Shown in pieces: positions 18,566-28,598 of a stretch of DNA of 64,000 bases. The position numbers were made by a program, and so were the translations under genes. The stretch lies in assembly GCA_965237525.1 (NCBI GenBank), contig CBDEFO010000007.1, forward strand, positions 256,001 through 320,000, in the 5' to 3' direction. The notes below the pieces were generated by a model. The model saw only the letters and a program-made list of their open reading frames with translations. It made no database searches and was not told the origin of the DNA. The number at the start of each line of letters is the position of its first letter. Within the stretch, counting starts at the first letter, position 1. Source of the stretch: Candidatus Latescibacterota bacterium (GTDB taxonomy: Bacteria; Latescibacterota; CBDEFO01).

Positions 18566-21500
18566 TCATCGAGTCTTTGGAGAGGAATCGAAAATTTCGT
18601 CGAATATCTCTCTGTTTAAGATCATGAACTCTTCGAGTCTCTTCAGGAAATTCTTGGAGCCTCTGTATCCTAGGGATCGGGAGAGCCTCCAGAGCCCCTC
18701 TTCGTCTTTAGGGAGGGTATTTCTGGATGTCTCGTCCACAATTCTTAAGGCTTTGAGGACGGAGCATATAAGAGAGTGGGATCGGATAAGACGGTCAGCT
18801 TTATCTTTTGATATGAGCCTGTGCTTTTGGAGGCTTCTAAGGATTTGAAGGGTCCTTGTGGATTTGAGATCGGGATAAGATCGCGCGTCTTTGATTTGAA
18901 GCACCTGGGCGATGAACTCTATGTCTGTGATACCGCCGATCCCAGATTTGATGTTTATGAAGTCCTTGTATTTGATGCGGGAGTTATCTTCTATTTTAAG
19001 GCGCATTTTTCGTGTGTTATCCAAGAAGTTTTGATCTGCACCGCCTTCAAAGAGGAAGCAGTATATCTCTTTCTGGACGACATCGCAGAGTTTTGGGTCT
19101 CCTGATACGCATCTTGCTCTTGTAAGGGCGAGTCTTTCCCAGTCTGATGCTCTGTTCCTCAGGTATTTTCTGTACGCGTCAAAGGATATTGCCAGGTTGG
19201 CATTTCTGCCCTCAGGCCTTAATCTGGCGTCAACTTTGTATATGCGGTTGTTCTGGAGTGTCCCGATTATGGCTTGGGACAGTTCGATGAAGAACTGTAT
19301 ATTCCCTGTTTTTCCCTTCCAGCCGCCGGATGTGTATCCGTCGTGCGAGTAGATAAAGAATAAATCGAGGTCCGAACCGAAGTTAAGTTCATACCCCCCG
19401 AGTTTACCGAGGGCTAAAATAGCGAATTTGGACTCTTCTTTGTCTTCGGAAAGAGGGTGTCCGTATCTTTCGGCGAGCTTACCGAGAGAGAACCCGTAAA
19501 CCTCTTCAAGGATCGTCTCTGCAAGGAGGGAAAGTTGCCCAAAAGTCTCCTCTGTGGAGGATAGTCCGAGTGTGTCTCTTGCCCCTATTCGGAGGATGTG
19601 GCGATCTTTGAATGTGCAAAGACGGAGCAGAATGAGGTCTCTATCCTGGACCTGGGATATGAAGTGCGACAGGGAGGATTTGAAGTCCTCAAGCTCGTAG
19701 TTTCTATTTATGACATTGGGTAGAAGGAGCCAATCTAAGAGTCCGGGGTCTCTGGATAGGAGGTCACAGAGGAACTTGCTCTTGGAGCAAAGAGATATAA
19801 CAAGGTCGAGGAATTCTTCGTCTTCAGAGAGGAGATGGTATAGGGTGTTGGGCGCTCCGTAGGCTCTTATGATCTTTCCAAGACCTGTAAGAGTCGAAAC
19901 TGGATCGGGGGACGCTGAGAGTCTAGAGAGGAGTTTAGGGGCAAGCTGGATAAAGCTCGTCTGAGCATTGGAGTCCTGGAGTTTGGGGAGGTGCCCGAAG
20001 GCCAGGAGAATCAGGTCTCTGTGAGCAGACCTTGTGTCGCCAAAACCGAGACTCCTGAGGAATCTTAAGGCTGTGGTGTCTCCTATCTGGGAGTTAAGGA
20101 GATTCTGGATTCTTATATCTATATCCTCGTGGCTATCTTGGATGAATATCTCATTGTAGATAGCGTTCACGTTTTGAGTATGAATTTCCAGCTGACTATC
20201 TAACTGGTGGCTATCCTTCAAATCAAGACTGAGGGCAAGGGCGCGCAATCGAAGGGGATCGTCGGGGAGTTCGTAGGAATCCACGTTGTGAAATAGTTGG
20301 AGCCTGTGCTCGATCCTTCTGAAGAAGATGTAGGCATCCTTCAACTTTTGGGCTTCGTCACTTTCCAGATAGCCGATGCCAGAAAGGGATGCTATAGCTT
20401 TAAGCGTGTTGTTGCTGGAGAGTTGTGGTTTGTGAGAGCCCGTCAAAAGTTGAAGACATTGGACTATAAATTCGATATCCCTGATCCCACCGGATCGGAG
20501 CTTGAGATCGGAATCGGACTTTTCCCCTGTGCCGATGGCAGCTTCAATTTTATCTTTAATATTTTTGATCTCTGCTACTGGTATGCCGGATGGGATCTCA
20601 GAATAGACGAAGGGGCGGACTATCTTCAGGAAGGCCTCAGCAAGCTCAGGGTCTGCGGCGCAATATCTGGCCTTAATGAGCATCTGGCGCTCCCAGGTGC
20701 GTCCTCTTGAACTGTAGTAGTATCCGTAGCTGGAAAGAGATCTGGCAAAAGAGCCGGCACTGCCATCGGGGCGCAGCCTAGTGTCCACGCGGTAGAGGAA
20801 TCCCTCGCGCGTGGAGTCTGAGGCGGATTTTATGATCTGTTCGGAGAGTCTATTGAAAAATTCGTAGTTGCTTATGGATTTGACGGATGGAGATGGGAGC
20901 CTTGTCTCTCCTTCGTCAGAATAGACGAAGATGATGTCTATGTCAGAGCTGAAGTTGAGTTCTTGCCCTCCGAGCTTGCCGAGTCCGATAATGGCAAACC
21001 TTGCTTTCTCCGTGTTGTTTTGGATGGGGTCTCCGTATCTTTGAATCATCTCTTCGTATGAGAGTTCGTAGAGGATCTGGAGGACTGCGTCGGCAAGGGC
21101 GGAAAGCTCTCTCCCTACCGATTGGATATCCGTTTTACCTATTATCTCTCCTGTTCCTATCCTCAAAAGTTCCCGTCTATATAGCCGCCGGAGGGACAGG
21201 AGCTTATGTTCTTTGTCCTTGAAGATAGATATTTCGGATGCTAATCCCCTAAAAAGTTGAGACCTGTTAGATCCCTCCGATACGCGCTCGGGGTCGTCTG
21301 TAAGCCAGTAGAAATATTGTGGGTTTCGGATGAGTATGTCCGATAGGAACTGGCCGGTTGCGAGTATGGAAGCCAGCTGAAAGGAGAGTTCGGGACGATC
21401 TTCCAAAAGGGAGTAAAACCCCGATCTGTCCAGGACAGCGGCCGAAAGCCTGGTAAGGTTATTCAGACATAGGTCCGGATCGGGAGAAAGCAAGATCTCC

Positions 21501-21661
21501 TCGATGAGGTTTGGAGGTAGCGATAAAGGGAAGGATGGAGTTCCGGTAAGTTCCATGAGATTCCTCAGCGCTTTTTCCGTCTGTCTGAATCCAAGTTCGG
21601 CGAGGATCGCTTTTGCCTCTTGGGGGTCTCTCTTTAGGAAATTGTGATCTATCGGTCTCAT
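18566..21661 (-). CDS. glnE: Bifunctional glutamine synthetase adenylyltransferase/deadenylylase
   Basis: Two nucleotidyltransferase halves: GKLGGQELNFSSDID..VDTRLRPDG..GGIRDIEF and GKLGGYELNFGSDLD..VDARLRPEG..GGITDIEF. Confidence 0.93.
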   Translation of the reverse strand: MRPIDHNFLKRDPQEAKAILAELGFRQTEKALRNLMELTGTPSFPLSLPPNLIEEILLSPDPDLCLNNLTRLSAAVLDRSGFYSLLEDRPELSFQLASILATGQFLSDILIRNPQYFYWLTDDPERVSEGSNRSQLFRGLASEISIFKDKEHKLLSLRRLYRRELLRIGTGEIIGKTDIQSVGRELSALADAVLQILYELSYEEMIQRYGDPIQNNTEKARFAIIGLGKLGGQELNFSSDIDIIFVYSDEGETRLPSPSVKSISNYEFFNRLSEQIIKSASDSTREGFLYRVDTRLRPDGSAGSFARSLSSYGYYYSSRGRTWERQMLIKARYCAADPELAEAFLKIVRPFVYSEIPSGIPVAEIKNIKDKIEAAIGTGEKSDSDLKLRSGGIRDIEFIVQCLQLLTGSHKPQLSSNNTLKAIASLSGIGYLESDEAQKLKDAYIFFRRIEHRLQLFHNVDSYELPDDPLRLRALALSLDLKDSHQLDSQLEIHTQNVNAIYNEIFIQDSHEDIDIRIQNLLNSQIGDTTALRFLRSLGFGDTRSAHRDLILLAFGHLPKLQDSNAQTSFIQLAPKLLSRLSASPDPVSTLTGLGKIIRAYGAPNTLYHLLSEDEEFLDLVISLCSKSKFLCDLLSRDPGLLDWLLLPNVINRNYELEDFKSSLSHFISQVQDRDLILLRLCTFKDRHILRIGARDTLGLSSTEETFGQLSLLAETILEEVYGFSLGKLAERYGHPLSEDKEESKFAILALGKLGGYELNFGSDLDLFFIYSHDGYTSGGWKGKTGNIQFFIELSQAIIGTLQNNRIYKVDARLRPEGRNANLAISFDAYRKYLRNRASDWERLALTRARCVSGDPKLCDVVQKEIYCFLFEGGADQNFLDNTRKMRLKIEDNSRIKYKDFINIKSGIGGITDIEFIAQVLQIKDARSYPDLKSTRTLQILRSLQKHRLISKDKADRLIRSHSLICSVLKALRIVDETSRNTLPKDEEGLWRLSRSLGYRGSKNFLKRLEEFMILNREIFDEIFDSSPKTR

Positions 21662-21746
21662 TGTTGTCTATTGATCGGTGATGGGAAAAGAGGATTTCAC
21701 TTTTAAGCGTAGTTATCTCCAATCCATACTATTTCCCTTTTGGGGA

Positions 21747-23291
21747 TCAGAGTGGGATGTTCCCGTGCTTTTTGGGGGGATTGGACTGGGATTTGTTTTT
21801 GAGCATACTGAGCGCGGATATGAGCTTTGGGCGGGTATCTTGAGGTTCTATAATATCGTCTATGTAGCCCAATTGGGCAGCTATATAGGGATTGGCGAAT
21901 TTCGCGTTGTATTCCTCTGTGAGCTTACATCTGAGGGAATCTGGGTCGTCTGCACGAGCAAGTTCCCGCCTGTAGAGTATATTGACGGCGCCCTGGGCGC
22001 CCATCACTGCCATTTCGGCTGTGGGCCAGGCTACGTTGTAGTCCCCCCTGATGTGTTTGCTGGACATAACGTCGTAGGCACCTCCGTAGGCCTTTCTGGT
22101 TATGACAGTGAGTTTTGGAACGGTGGCTTCACAGTAGGAGTACAGGAGCTTGGCCCCGTGTCTTATTATGCCTCCGAACTCCTGTTCTGTTCCGGGCAGA
22201 AAGCCGGGGACGTCTTCAAATGTAATAAGCGGGATATTGAAGGCGTCACAAAAGCGTACAAAGCGAGCGGCTTTTGTGGAAGATCGTATGTCCAGGACTC
22301 CCGCCAGGACTCTGGGTTGGTTGCCGACGATTCCAACTGATCTTCCGCCAAGACGCGCAAAGCCTACAATTATGTTTTTGGCAAAGTGGGAATGCACTTC
22401 GAAGAACTCTCCATCGTCAACAATCTTCTTTACGACCTGGATCATGTCGTAGGGCTTAGCAGGGTCAGCGGGAACTATACTGTTCAGTTCACCGTCTCTT
22501 CGGTCCCAGGGATCTGACATCTTCAAAAGGGGAGGGTCTTCGAGGTTGTTCTGAGGTATATAGCTCAAAAGCTTGCGTATCTGAGAAAGGCATTCGTAGT
22601 CGTTCTGGGCGATGAAGTGTGCCACACCACTTTTTGAGTTGTGAGTAAGAGCGCCTCCAAGTTCTTCGGCGGTTACCTCTTCGTTAGTGACGGATTTTAT
22701 GACATCGGGGCCTGTGACGAACATGTAGCTTGTGCCCTCGACCATAAGCGTAAAGTCAGTGATGGCGGGGGAGTAGACGGCCCCACCTGCGCAGGGTCCC
22801 ATTATGGCGGAGATCTGGGGAATGACGCCTGAGGCCATTGTGTTTCTCAAGAAAATTTCTGCGTATCCCCCTAAGCTGGCTACACCCTCCTGGATTCGGG
22901 CGCCGCCTGAGTCGTTAAGTCCGATTATGGGGGCTCCATTTTCGAGGGCAAGGTCCATAAGTCTGCAGATCTTCTGAGCATTTGCCTCGCTTATTGTGCC
23001 TCCTAATACGGTGAAGTCATGGGCAAAGACGTAGACGAGGCGACCATCTATGTAGCCGTAACCGGCTACGACGCCGTCTCCAGGGTAGGTCCTTTTGTGC
23101 ATGTCAAAGTCGGTGCAGCGATGGGTTACGAATACTCCGAGTTCTTCAAAGCTGCCCCTGTCCAAAAGGAGGTTGATCCTTTCTCTGGCTGTGAGTTTGC
23201 CGCGCTGGTGCATCTTCTCTATAGCCTCAGAGCCACCGCCTTCTAACGCTTTCTCTCTGAGCTTATTCAGTTCTTGTGTTTTCTCGTTCAT
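21747..23291 (-). CDS. Acyl-CoA carboxylase carboxyltransferase (beta) subunit, PccB-like
   Basis: [52 protein letters not shown]. Confidence 0.95.
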   Translation of the reverse strand: MNEKTQELNKLREKALEGGGSEAIEKMHQRGKLTARERINLLLDRGSFEELGVFVTHRCTDFDMHKRTYPGDGVVAGYGYIDGRLVYVFAHDFTVLGGTISEANAQKICRLMDLALENGAPIIGLNDSGGARIQEGVASLGGYAEIFLRNTMASGVIPQISAIMGPCAGGAVYSPAITDFTLMVEGTSYMFVTGPDVIKSVTNEEVTAEELGGALTHNSKSGVAHFIAQNDYECLSQIRKLLSYIPQNNLEDPPLLKMSDPWDRRDGELNSIVPADPAKPYDMIQVVKKIVDDGEFFEVHSHFAKNIIVGFARLGGRSVGIVGNQPRVLAGVLDIRSSTKAARFVRFCDAFNIPLITFEDVPGFLPGTEQEFGGIIRHGAKLLYSYCEATVPKLTVITRKAYGGAYDVMSSKHIRGDYNVAWPTAEMAVMGAQGAVNILYRRELARADDPDSLRCKLTEEYNAKFANPYIAAQLGYIDDIIEPQDTRPKLISALSMLKNKSQSNPPKKHGNIPL

Positions 23292-23297
23292 AGAGCC

Positions 23298-23796
23298 TTA
23301 AGATCCTTGTGTGAGGACTTCCATCATGTTGAGCATAGCGCCCCATTGTCTGTCGTTCATCTTTTCTACAGTCTCAATGAGGATGGGGATGTCTTTGTCC
23401 TCCATCTGATAGCTTTTGAGAAAAACTTTGCGCCATTTGCTATTCTTAAGCGCATCGCGGATGTCAGGTTCCTTGAGGGCTTCTAGTATCTGCGGATCGA
23501 GTATTTCTTTCTGGGAAAGTAAATATTCCACGATGGGATCGTTCATGATTCTATTAATCTGTTCGAAGAGCTTGCGGGCAGGCCCAGAAGATCTTTCCTT
23601 GTAAGCCAAAAGGAGGAGTTTCGTCTCGTCGAGATCCAGAACCTTAGCTAATTTAATACATAATTTCGTCTGACGGTATCTTCTCATCTTTCTCGATCTG
23701 TCCTATGTAGGTATCCCATACGCCTATGCGGTCGCCCAATTCCCTCTGGCTAAATCTGTTTTTCCTTTCCTCTCTGATAATTTCTCCAAGTGTCAT
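23298..23796 (-). pseudogene. XRE-family HTH transcriptional regulator, +1 frameshift near 23664-23666
   Basis: ATG 23796 gives MTLGEIIREERKNRFSQRELGDRIGVWDTYIGQIEKDEKIPSDE; deleting one base of the T3 run continues LCIKLAKVLDLD.. to the stop at 23298. Span is 3n+1. Confidence 0.82.
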
Positions 23797-23960
23797 CTGT
23801 AATCCCTTCCAAAGAGTGGAAATGTAACTTCAATATGGAATCCTAACAGTAATTTAATCCAAAAATCGAATTAAGCCAAGAAAAAAGTGCTATGCAGGTG
23901 TTCTATATATTTGTATGGAGAACGATTTTTGAAATTTTTTTAGAAAGAAACATTTTTTCC

Positions 23961-23989
23961 TTGACAACACACTCAATAGTGTGTATATC
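23961..23989 (+). promoter_or_regulatory. Sigma70-type promoter overlapped by a palindromic operator
   Basis: TTGACA (23961-23966), 17 bp, TATATC; the spacer holds the perfect inverted repeat ACACACT-caat-AGTGTGT. Confidence 0.6.
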
Positions 23990-24104
23990 CTATGCTGGCG
24001 TGAGAAGATCACACTGTGTAGTGGGGTAAATACACTGTCTGGTGTGTGTATCTACGCAAGTGTAAGCGGCTTATAGCCATAGGTCATATACACTGTTAAG
24101 TGTG
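23967..24104. promoter_or_regulatory. Four YACACT-N4-(A/G)GTG(T/G)G operator-like palindromes
   Basis: Copies start at 23968, 24010, 24031 and 24089. Confidence 0.65.
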
Positions 24105-24428
24105 GACAATAAACAGTTACTATATGGATATAATATATTGTTTTATAATAACTTAATAGAACTCTAAAGCTTGATCGTCTGCACATCTTCAAGTGTCATA
24201 AAGGCTTAGGATATGTTTCGTATGGTGAAGTAACTTGAGCAAGACGCTTGGACATAGCTGCTGGGACAGATAGTACGGCAATTGTCACCACAGAGGCTCA
24301 GATTTCAAGATGGAAAGGGCCGTATTGTTGGATCATAATTGTGGCCGGGTGCTCTCTGTTCAGTTGAACTATTTTGCAGATCTTCTGGGTGTAGTATTCA
24401 GAACCACAAAAAAATTTAGGAGGAAAAG

Positions 24429-24830
24429 ATGCCTATAGAAAATGAGGATTTTATGCAGATCAGGGACGTAGTACACGAGATTGTGAGCAAATCTCAGGAA
24501 AAATTAGCTACGATGATTGCCAATCAGTTCTTGAAGATAGAGGATGGGCTTTCCAGGATCAGGGAGGAGTACTCAGCCTCTGAATCGGACATTTCGGATG
24601 TTGAGATGGATCACGATCTTCTGAAGATGAAGGTACAGGGGATGGAGATGGGAATAAATGAGGGCAGGGAGATTAACGCAAAGTTGGGAAGACAGATGAA
24701 TTACATTGAAAAGGAATTGAAGGAGATAAGATTGGGCCTGAGCGTTCTTTCAAAGAATGGTGCAGGAAGCGTCGATATTGAGACCTTTGAAAGGAGGATA
24801 CAGAGGATGGAGGAAGTGGTTTTCAGTTGA
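24429..24830 (+). CDS. Hypothetical coiled-coil protein
   Basis: Strong RBS AGGAGG; heptad-like, E/K-rich sequence. Confidence 0.7.
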   Translation: MPIENEDFMQIRDVVHEIVSKSQEKLATMIANQFLKIEDGLSRIREEYSASESDISDVEMDHDLLKMKVQGMEMGINEGREINAKLGRQMNYIEKELKEIRLGLSVLSKNGAGSVDIETFERRIQRMEEVVFS

Positions 24831-24853
24831 CAGGGGAAGAACAAATCTGCTTA

Positions 24854-25663
24854 TTATCTCCCACGTTTGATCTTAATGAGATCACCTCTTTTTATGTTTA
24901 AGATCTTGTGAGCATTTCCGTCCGTAATGGATATTTCCAGAAGTACCGCGCTTCCAAATATAGCGAGGGGCTTTTGTTTTCCCCCTTGCGGTGGTCGTGC
25001 CGCTTCTGCATACGAGTGGGAAATAGAGTTTATGGAGTGTTGTCCAGCCAGTATCCGGAAGGGATGGTTGGAGGTAAAGGCGTCGAATTTGTCTTTGGAG
25101 ATGTCTGTGACGAGATTGCCAAAGGCGTCTATGTGGATGACGTGGCACGTAAGCACATCCTGAAAGATCGTAGGTTCCGGGATGGGCAGTTGAACTATTT
25201 GCGAGAGTCTTGGACCAAATTGTGGGGGACTTACTCCTTTAGATAGATGCGCCGCGGCGGGGGCAAAGATATCGCGCCCGTGAAAGGTGTCGCTTACATC
25301 GGGAAGCGTTAAATCGGGATTGGAGATCTCGTAAGCGTCCTCTTTCTGGAAGTCTTCCAAGACGAGGCTGAATATGCCGTTGTCGGGTCCTACAAAGGCA
25401 TAGCGATCGGTCTGGAGAATGATGGGTTTTCTCTCTCCTCCGACTCCTGGGTCTACGACGGCTATATGAATTGTATCTTTGGGAAAGTGAAGACAGGCGT
25501 TTAGAAGAACAAAGGCGGCATCGAGAATGTCATGGGGGGGTACCTGATGGGTGATGTCTATTATTTGGGCGTCGGGATTGATATTCAGGATGACACCCTT
25601 CATAGCTCCGACGAAGTAGTCCTGGTCTTGGAAATCTGTGGTAAGTGTTATTATAGAGTTCAC
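24854..25663 (-). CDS. SAM hydrolase / SAM-dependent halogenase family (DUF62)
   Basis: ITLTTDF, DITH, VVDPGVG, GPDNG, TFHGRDIFAPAAA, HIDAFGN. Confidence 0.92.
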   Translation of the reverse strand: MNSIITLTTDFQDQDYFVGAMKGVILNINPDAQIIDITHQVPPHDILDAAFVLLNACLHFPKDTIHIAVVDPGVGGERKPIILQTDRYAFVGPDNGIFSLVLEDFQKEDAYEISNPDLTLPDVSDTFHGRDIFAPAAAHLSKGVSPPQFGPRLSQIVQLPIPEPTIFQDVLTCHVIHIDAFGNLVTDISKDKFDAFTSNHPFRILAGQHSINSISHSYAEAARPPQGGKQKPLAIFGSAVLLEISITDGNAHKILNIKRGDLIKIKRGR

Positions 25664-25804
25664 CTTGTGATTCCAGTCTGAAGGATAAAATGCCTCATAA
25701 GTATTTCAAATGCGCTTTCGTATACCCTTTGAGAGTCTATTTCAGATCGGTGTTCCTAGAATAGTTTTGATCTATGTCAGAAGTACTCTCATGGTAATTT
25801 TGAA

Positions 25805-28024
25805 TCAGTCCTGCCTTATGACGGCTATCTTTCCCGTCTCTACTTTATCGCCGTTTTGGTCCCTTATTATGTAGAAGTAAGTACCTGATGCGATGAAGAA
25901 GCCCCGTCCGTTTGTTCCGTCCCATTTGAGGAATCTGTCGTTTCGGGAGTCTTGTTTTTCCCATACAAGTTCTCCAGATAGTGTAAATATTGACACGGTG
26001 GATCTTATGGGAAGACCGGAAAAGGTAACTCTGGCGCCTTCCGTTCGGGAGATGATAAAGGGATTGGGATATACTATCTGTTTAGGGGACATATATTGCA
26101 GGGCTTCGTAGATAGTGTTGTTATCCTCCTTTTCCTCGGCTACTTCGTTGTCAGGATCTACTTGGATAAGGAGGTTTACATCGCCGGGTCTGTTCCAAGG
26201 GACTTTGAAGACGTAATTGCCGCCACCAGAAATGGGGGCATTAACCCTTTTGGACAAAATTGTTGTGCATTCTGTGGAGTCCGGTTTGCAGATTGAGAGT
26301 TTAACAGTAAAGTCTTTCTCTACTGATGATGTGCTGATGTTGTTTACGGGGACTATGAGGGCTTCTTCTTGTTCGGAGAAGCGGACGTGACCCTTTAAGG
26401 CGCCGACTTCGCGCTCGTCGCGTCCGAAGATGGCAAGGTCAGGCATTTCATCCTGGGGTTCCTCTCCGATGGCTAACTGGGCAAGACCAGCTACGCAGAG
26501 CTTTGCTACTTTGGATACTAAAGGGAAATTGAGGCTGTCGGCGACGTCGTCTATGGTGTGAAAGTGTCTGTTGAACTGGGGAAAGTGACCCAGTGTGTCA
26601 GGCCGAAGGGCGTGTCTGTTGGGCAGGAAGTTTTCGATGCCCATAACGGCGTCGTATCCGAATCTCCAGAAGGATTCGTGGTCGCTGAAGCCCGCATTGG
26701 GATCCACGAGGGTATCTACTATCAGGTCAATGTCGTAGGTATCTTTCGCCTGAAGGAGAAGATCTATAATCCAAGCAGAGCTTCGGTTGCCCACTATCTC
26801 GACTCTGTCGAAGTGGCTATTGAATCCTAACATATCCAGATTGATGACTCCGATAATGTTTTCGTCACTTTTAGTAGCGTTGCTGACGAAGTTGAGACTC
26901 CCCCACAGTCCCAGTTCCTCTCCTGAGAAGGCTATGAATTTTATGGTCCAAGGGAACTCCAACTGCGAGAGTATCCTTGCAGCCTCGATAAGGGTGGCGA
27001 TTCCAGTGGCATTGTCGTCTGATCCCGGAGTAGGTTCTGTCCTCCATCCTGCCCAATTTACCTTGCCGGAGCCTCCAATAGCGTCGTAGTGTCCCACGAT
27101 AGCGTAGTATCCAGAGCTGGGATCCTGTCCATGTAGCGTTCCGACCACGTTGTACAGCGTATATTCTTCGTAGCCGCTGCGCACGAAGGGAATAAGCTCG
27201 ACCGATCCTTCCGGCAGGGCGTCTTCGAGCTGATCCATGATGTAGCCTGCGGCGTGGTCGCGGGTTTCGGGACGGAGCGCAAATCTCGTGCGGAGATTGG
27301 ATTTTTCGTTGTTGTATCTTCCGTTATTTTTGGTGATGTCAAAGTAGGTCAAATTGGCTACATCCTTTTCTATTCTCTCTGCACTTACCTGCTGGAGAAG
27401 GGACGCTATCCGAGGGCTGGCTTTGTGGGGAAGCGCCGTTTTGCCTGATGGAGGAGGGAACCATCCCCTAAGGCTGATGTTGTGCGGAAGGGGCTGGATA
27501 TAGTGTGCATGCAGGTAAGGTTCGAGGAGACAGAGGGCGTCCGGAGAAATTTTGAGGATCGCAGGTCCGTACGGAGTAGTGGCAACGTGCAAGGTGCGAC
27601 AAAAGCGAGATATTTCTGGAAGATGGCTTTCATCTATCAGCGCACAGTAGTACTCGTCAGGGCCCTCGCCTCGGTCGAGTATCTGGACGTCCCAGCCCTG
27701 TCCCCGATTGAATCTATCGGGGATCAAAAATTGGAGTTGATCCGGATGGACGGATACAAGGACTGCGTTCTGGGAGCAATGGCGGATGTCCAGCTTGTAG
27801 GATTCTATAGTTGCGAGGTCGTTTAGATTATCCCAGTGGATTTTGATCAGAACGGATGAGCTATCGTCGGCACATAGGCCTGAGGGTGCGAAGAGCGTCA
27901 AGAGAAATAGAGAGCAGACAATAGGCAGCAGGCACGGCAAAAAAGTAGACAGTAGACAGTAGACAGTAGAAAGGGCACTTCCTCTCCTCTGCATGCTGTA
28001 TATTGCTTGCTGTCTACACTTCAT
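25805..28024 (-). CDS. Exported M28 family peptidase with CARDB-like and FlgD/T9SS-like C-terminal domains
   Basis: GHYD, GSDDNATG, GEELGLWGS, NLDM, SDHESFW, HTIDD; VDPDNEVAEEKEDNN; YPNPF..WDGTN..SGTYFY. Start uncertain because the N-terminus is repeat-derived. Confidence 0.88.
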   Translation of the reverse strand: MKCRQQAIYSMQRRGSALSTVYCLLSTFLPCLLPIVCSLFLLTLFAPSGLCADDSSSVLIKIHWDNLNDLATIESYKLDIRHCSQNAVLVSVHPDQLQFLIPDRFNRGQGWDVQILDRGEGPDEYYCALIDESHLPEISRFCRTLHVATTPYGPAILKISPDALCLLEPYLHAHYIQPLPHNISLRGWFPPPSGKTALPHKASPRIASLLQQVSAERIEKDVANLTYFDITKNNGRYNNEKSNLRTRFALRPETRDHAAGYIMDQLEDALPEGSVELIPFVRSGYEEYTLYNVVGTLHGQDPSSGYYAIVGHYDAIGGSGKVNWAGWRTEPTPGSDDNATGIATLIEAARILSQLEFPWTIKFIAFSGEELGLWGSLNFVSNATKSDENIIGVINLDMLGFNSHFDRVEIVGNRSSAWIIDLLLQAKDTYDIDLIVDTLVDPNAGFSDHESFWRFGYDAVMGIENFLPNRHALRPDTLGHFPQFNRHFHTIDDVADSLNFPLVSKVAKLCVAGLAQLAIGEEPQDEMPDLAIFGRDEREVGALKGHVRFSEQEEALIVPVNNISTSSVEKDFTVKLSICKPDSTECTTILSKRVNAPISGGGNYVFKVPWNRPGDVNLLIQVDPDNEVAEEKEDNNTIYEALQYMSPKQIVYPNPFIISRTEGARVTFSGLPIRSTVSIFTLSGELVWEKQDSRNDRFLKWDGTNGRGFFIASGTYFYIIRDQNGDKVETGKIAVIRQD
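27702..27722. repeat. Family A element, in frame in the M28 peptidase gene
   Basis: CCCCGATTGAATCTATCGGGG, read on - as PDRFNRG. Confidence 0.85.
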
Positions 28025-28031
28025 ATTCTGC

Positions 28032-28523
28032 CTATTTTTGTCTCCTGGATATGCGGTCGGCCAGGATATGGATCACGTTGGGAAGATAGAGTCCCATAAG
28101 GACAGCAATTGCAATTCGAATGTCTATATCTCTGGATTTGATTTTGGATATATCTATGTCCAGGTCAAAGACGTAGTGTATGATCGTTATCAGGGCTGTG
28201 GCTACAAGGGCAAGATAGACAATTCTGGTGAGTGTGCCGAAGACTATTGAGTGGGATAATCCTCTGTGCTTGAATATGCGGGAGTAGGGCCACCATAGTA
28301 CTATGAGTATACCCCAGTTCGTGCGAGAACGAGATCTAAAAAGGTCCAGGTCAGGTGACAGGAATAGGGATGAGAAGGAGTAGGAGAGGACAAAGATGAT
28401 CATGAACGTGAGTATCTCCTCATCTTTGAATTGGCTGAGCAGGTGTTTGTATGTGTACAAAAGTCCAATGAATATTGTCAGGACCATGAGATCGAGTCTT
28501 AGGTGGACTCTTCCTGAGGGCAT
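28032..28523 (-). CDS. Putative metal-binding membrane protein (DUF2227-like)
   Basis: MPSGRVH, FLSPDLD, WWPY, HRGLSH, GTLTR, HILAD. Confidence 0.85.
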   Translation of the reverse strand: MPSGRVHLRLDLMVLTIFIGLLYTYKHLLSQFKDEEILTFMIIFVLSYSFSSLFLSPDLDLFRSRSRTNWGILIVLWWPYSRIFKHRGLSHSIVFGTLTRIVYLALVATALITIIHYVFDLDIDISKIKSRDIDIRIAIAVLMGLYLPNVIHILADRISRRQK

Positions 28524-28598
28524 CTTGAGAATTCTCCACATATAGCGGATGGGCTTTCAGGTCGCAGTGGACACTCCGCTTTTATTGATATATTCTAA

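Noticed and set aside
24016..24050. tRNA D-arm-like GTGTAGTGG..ACAC
   Set aside because: No T arm; better explained by the operator palindromes.
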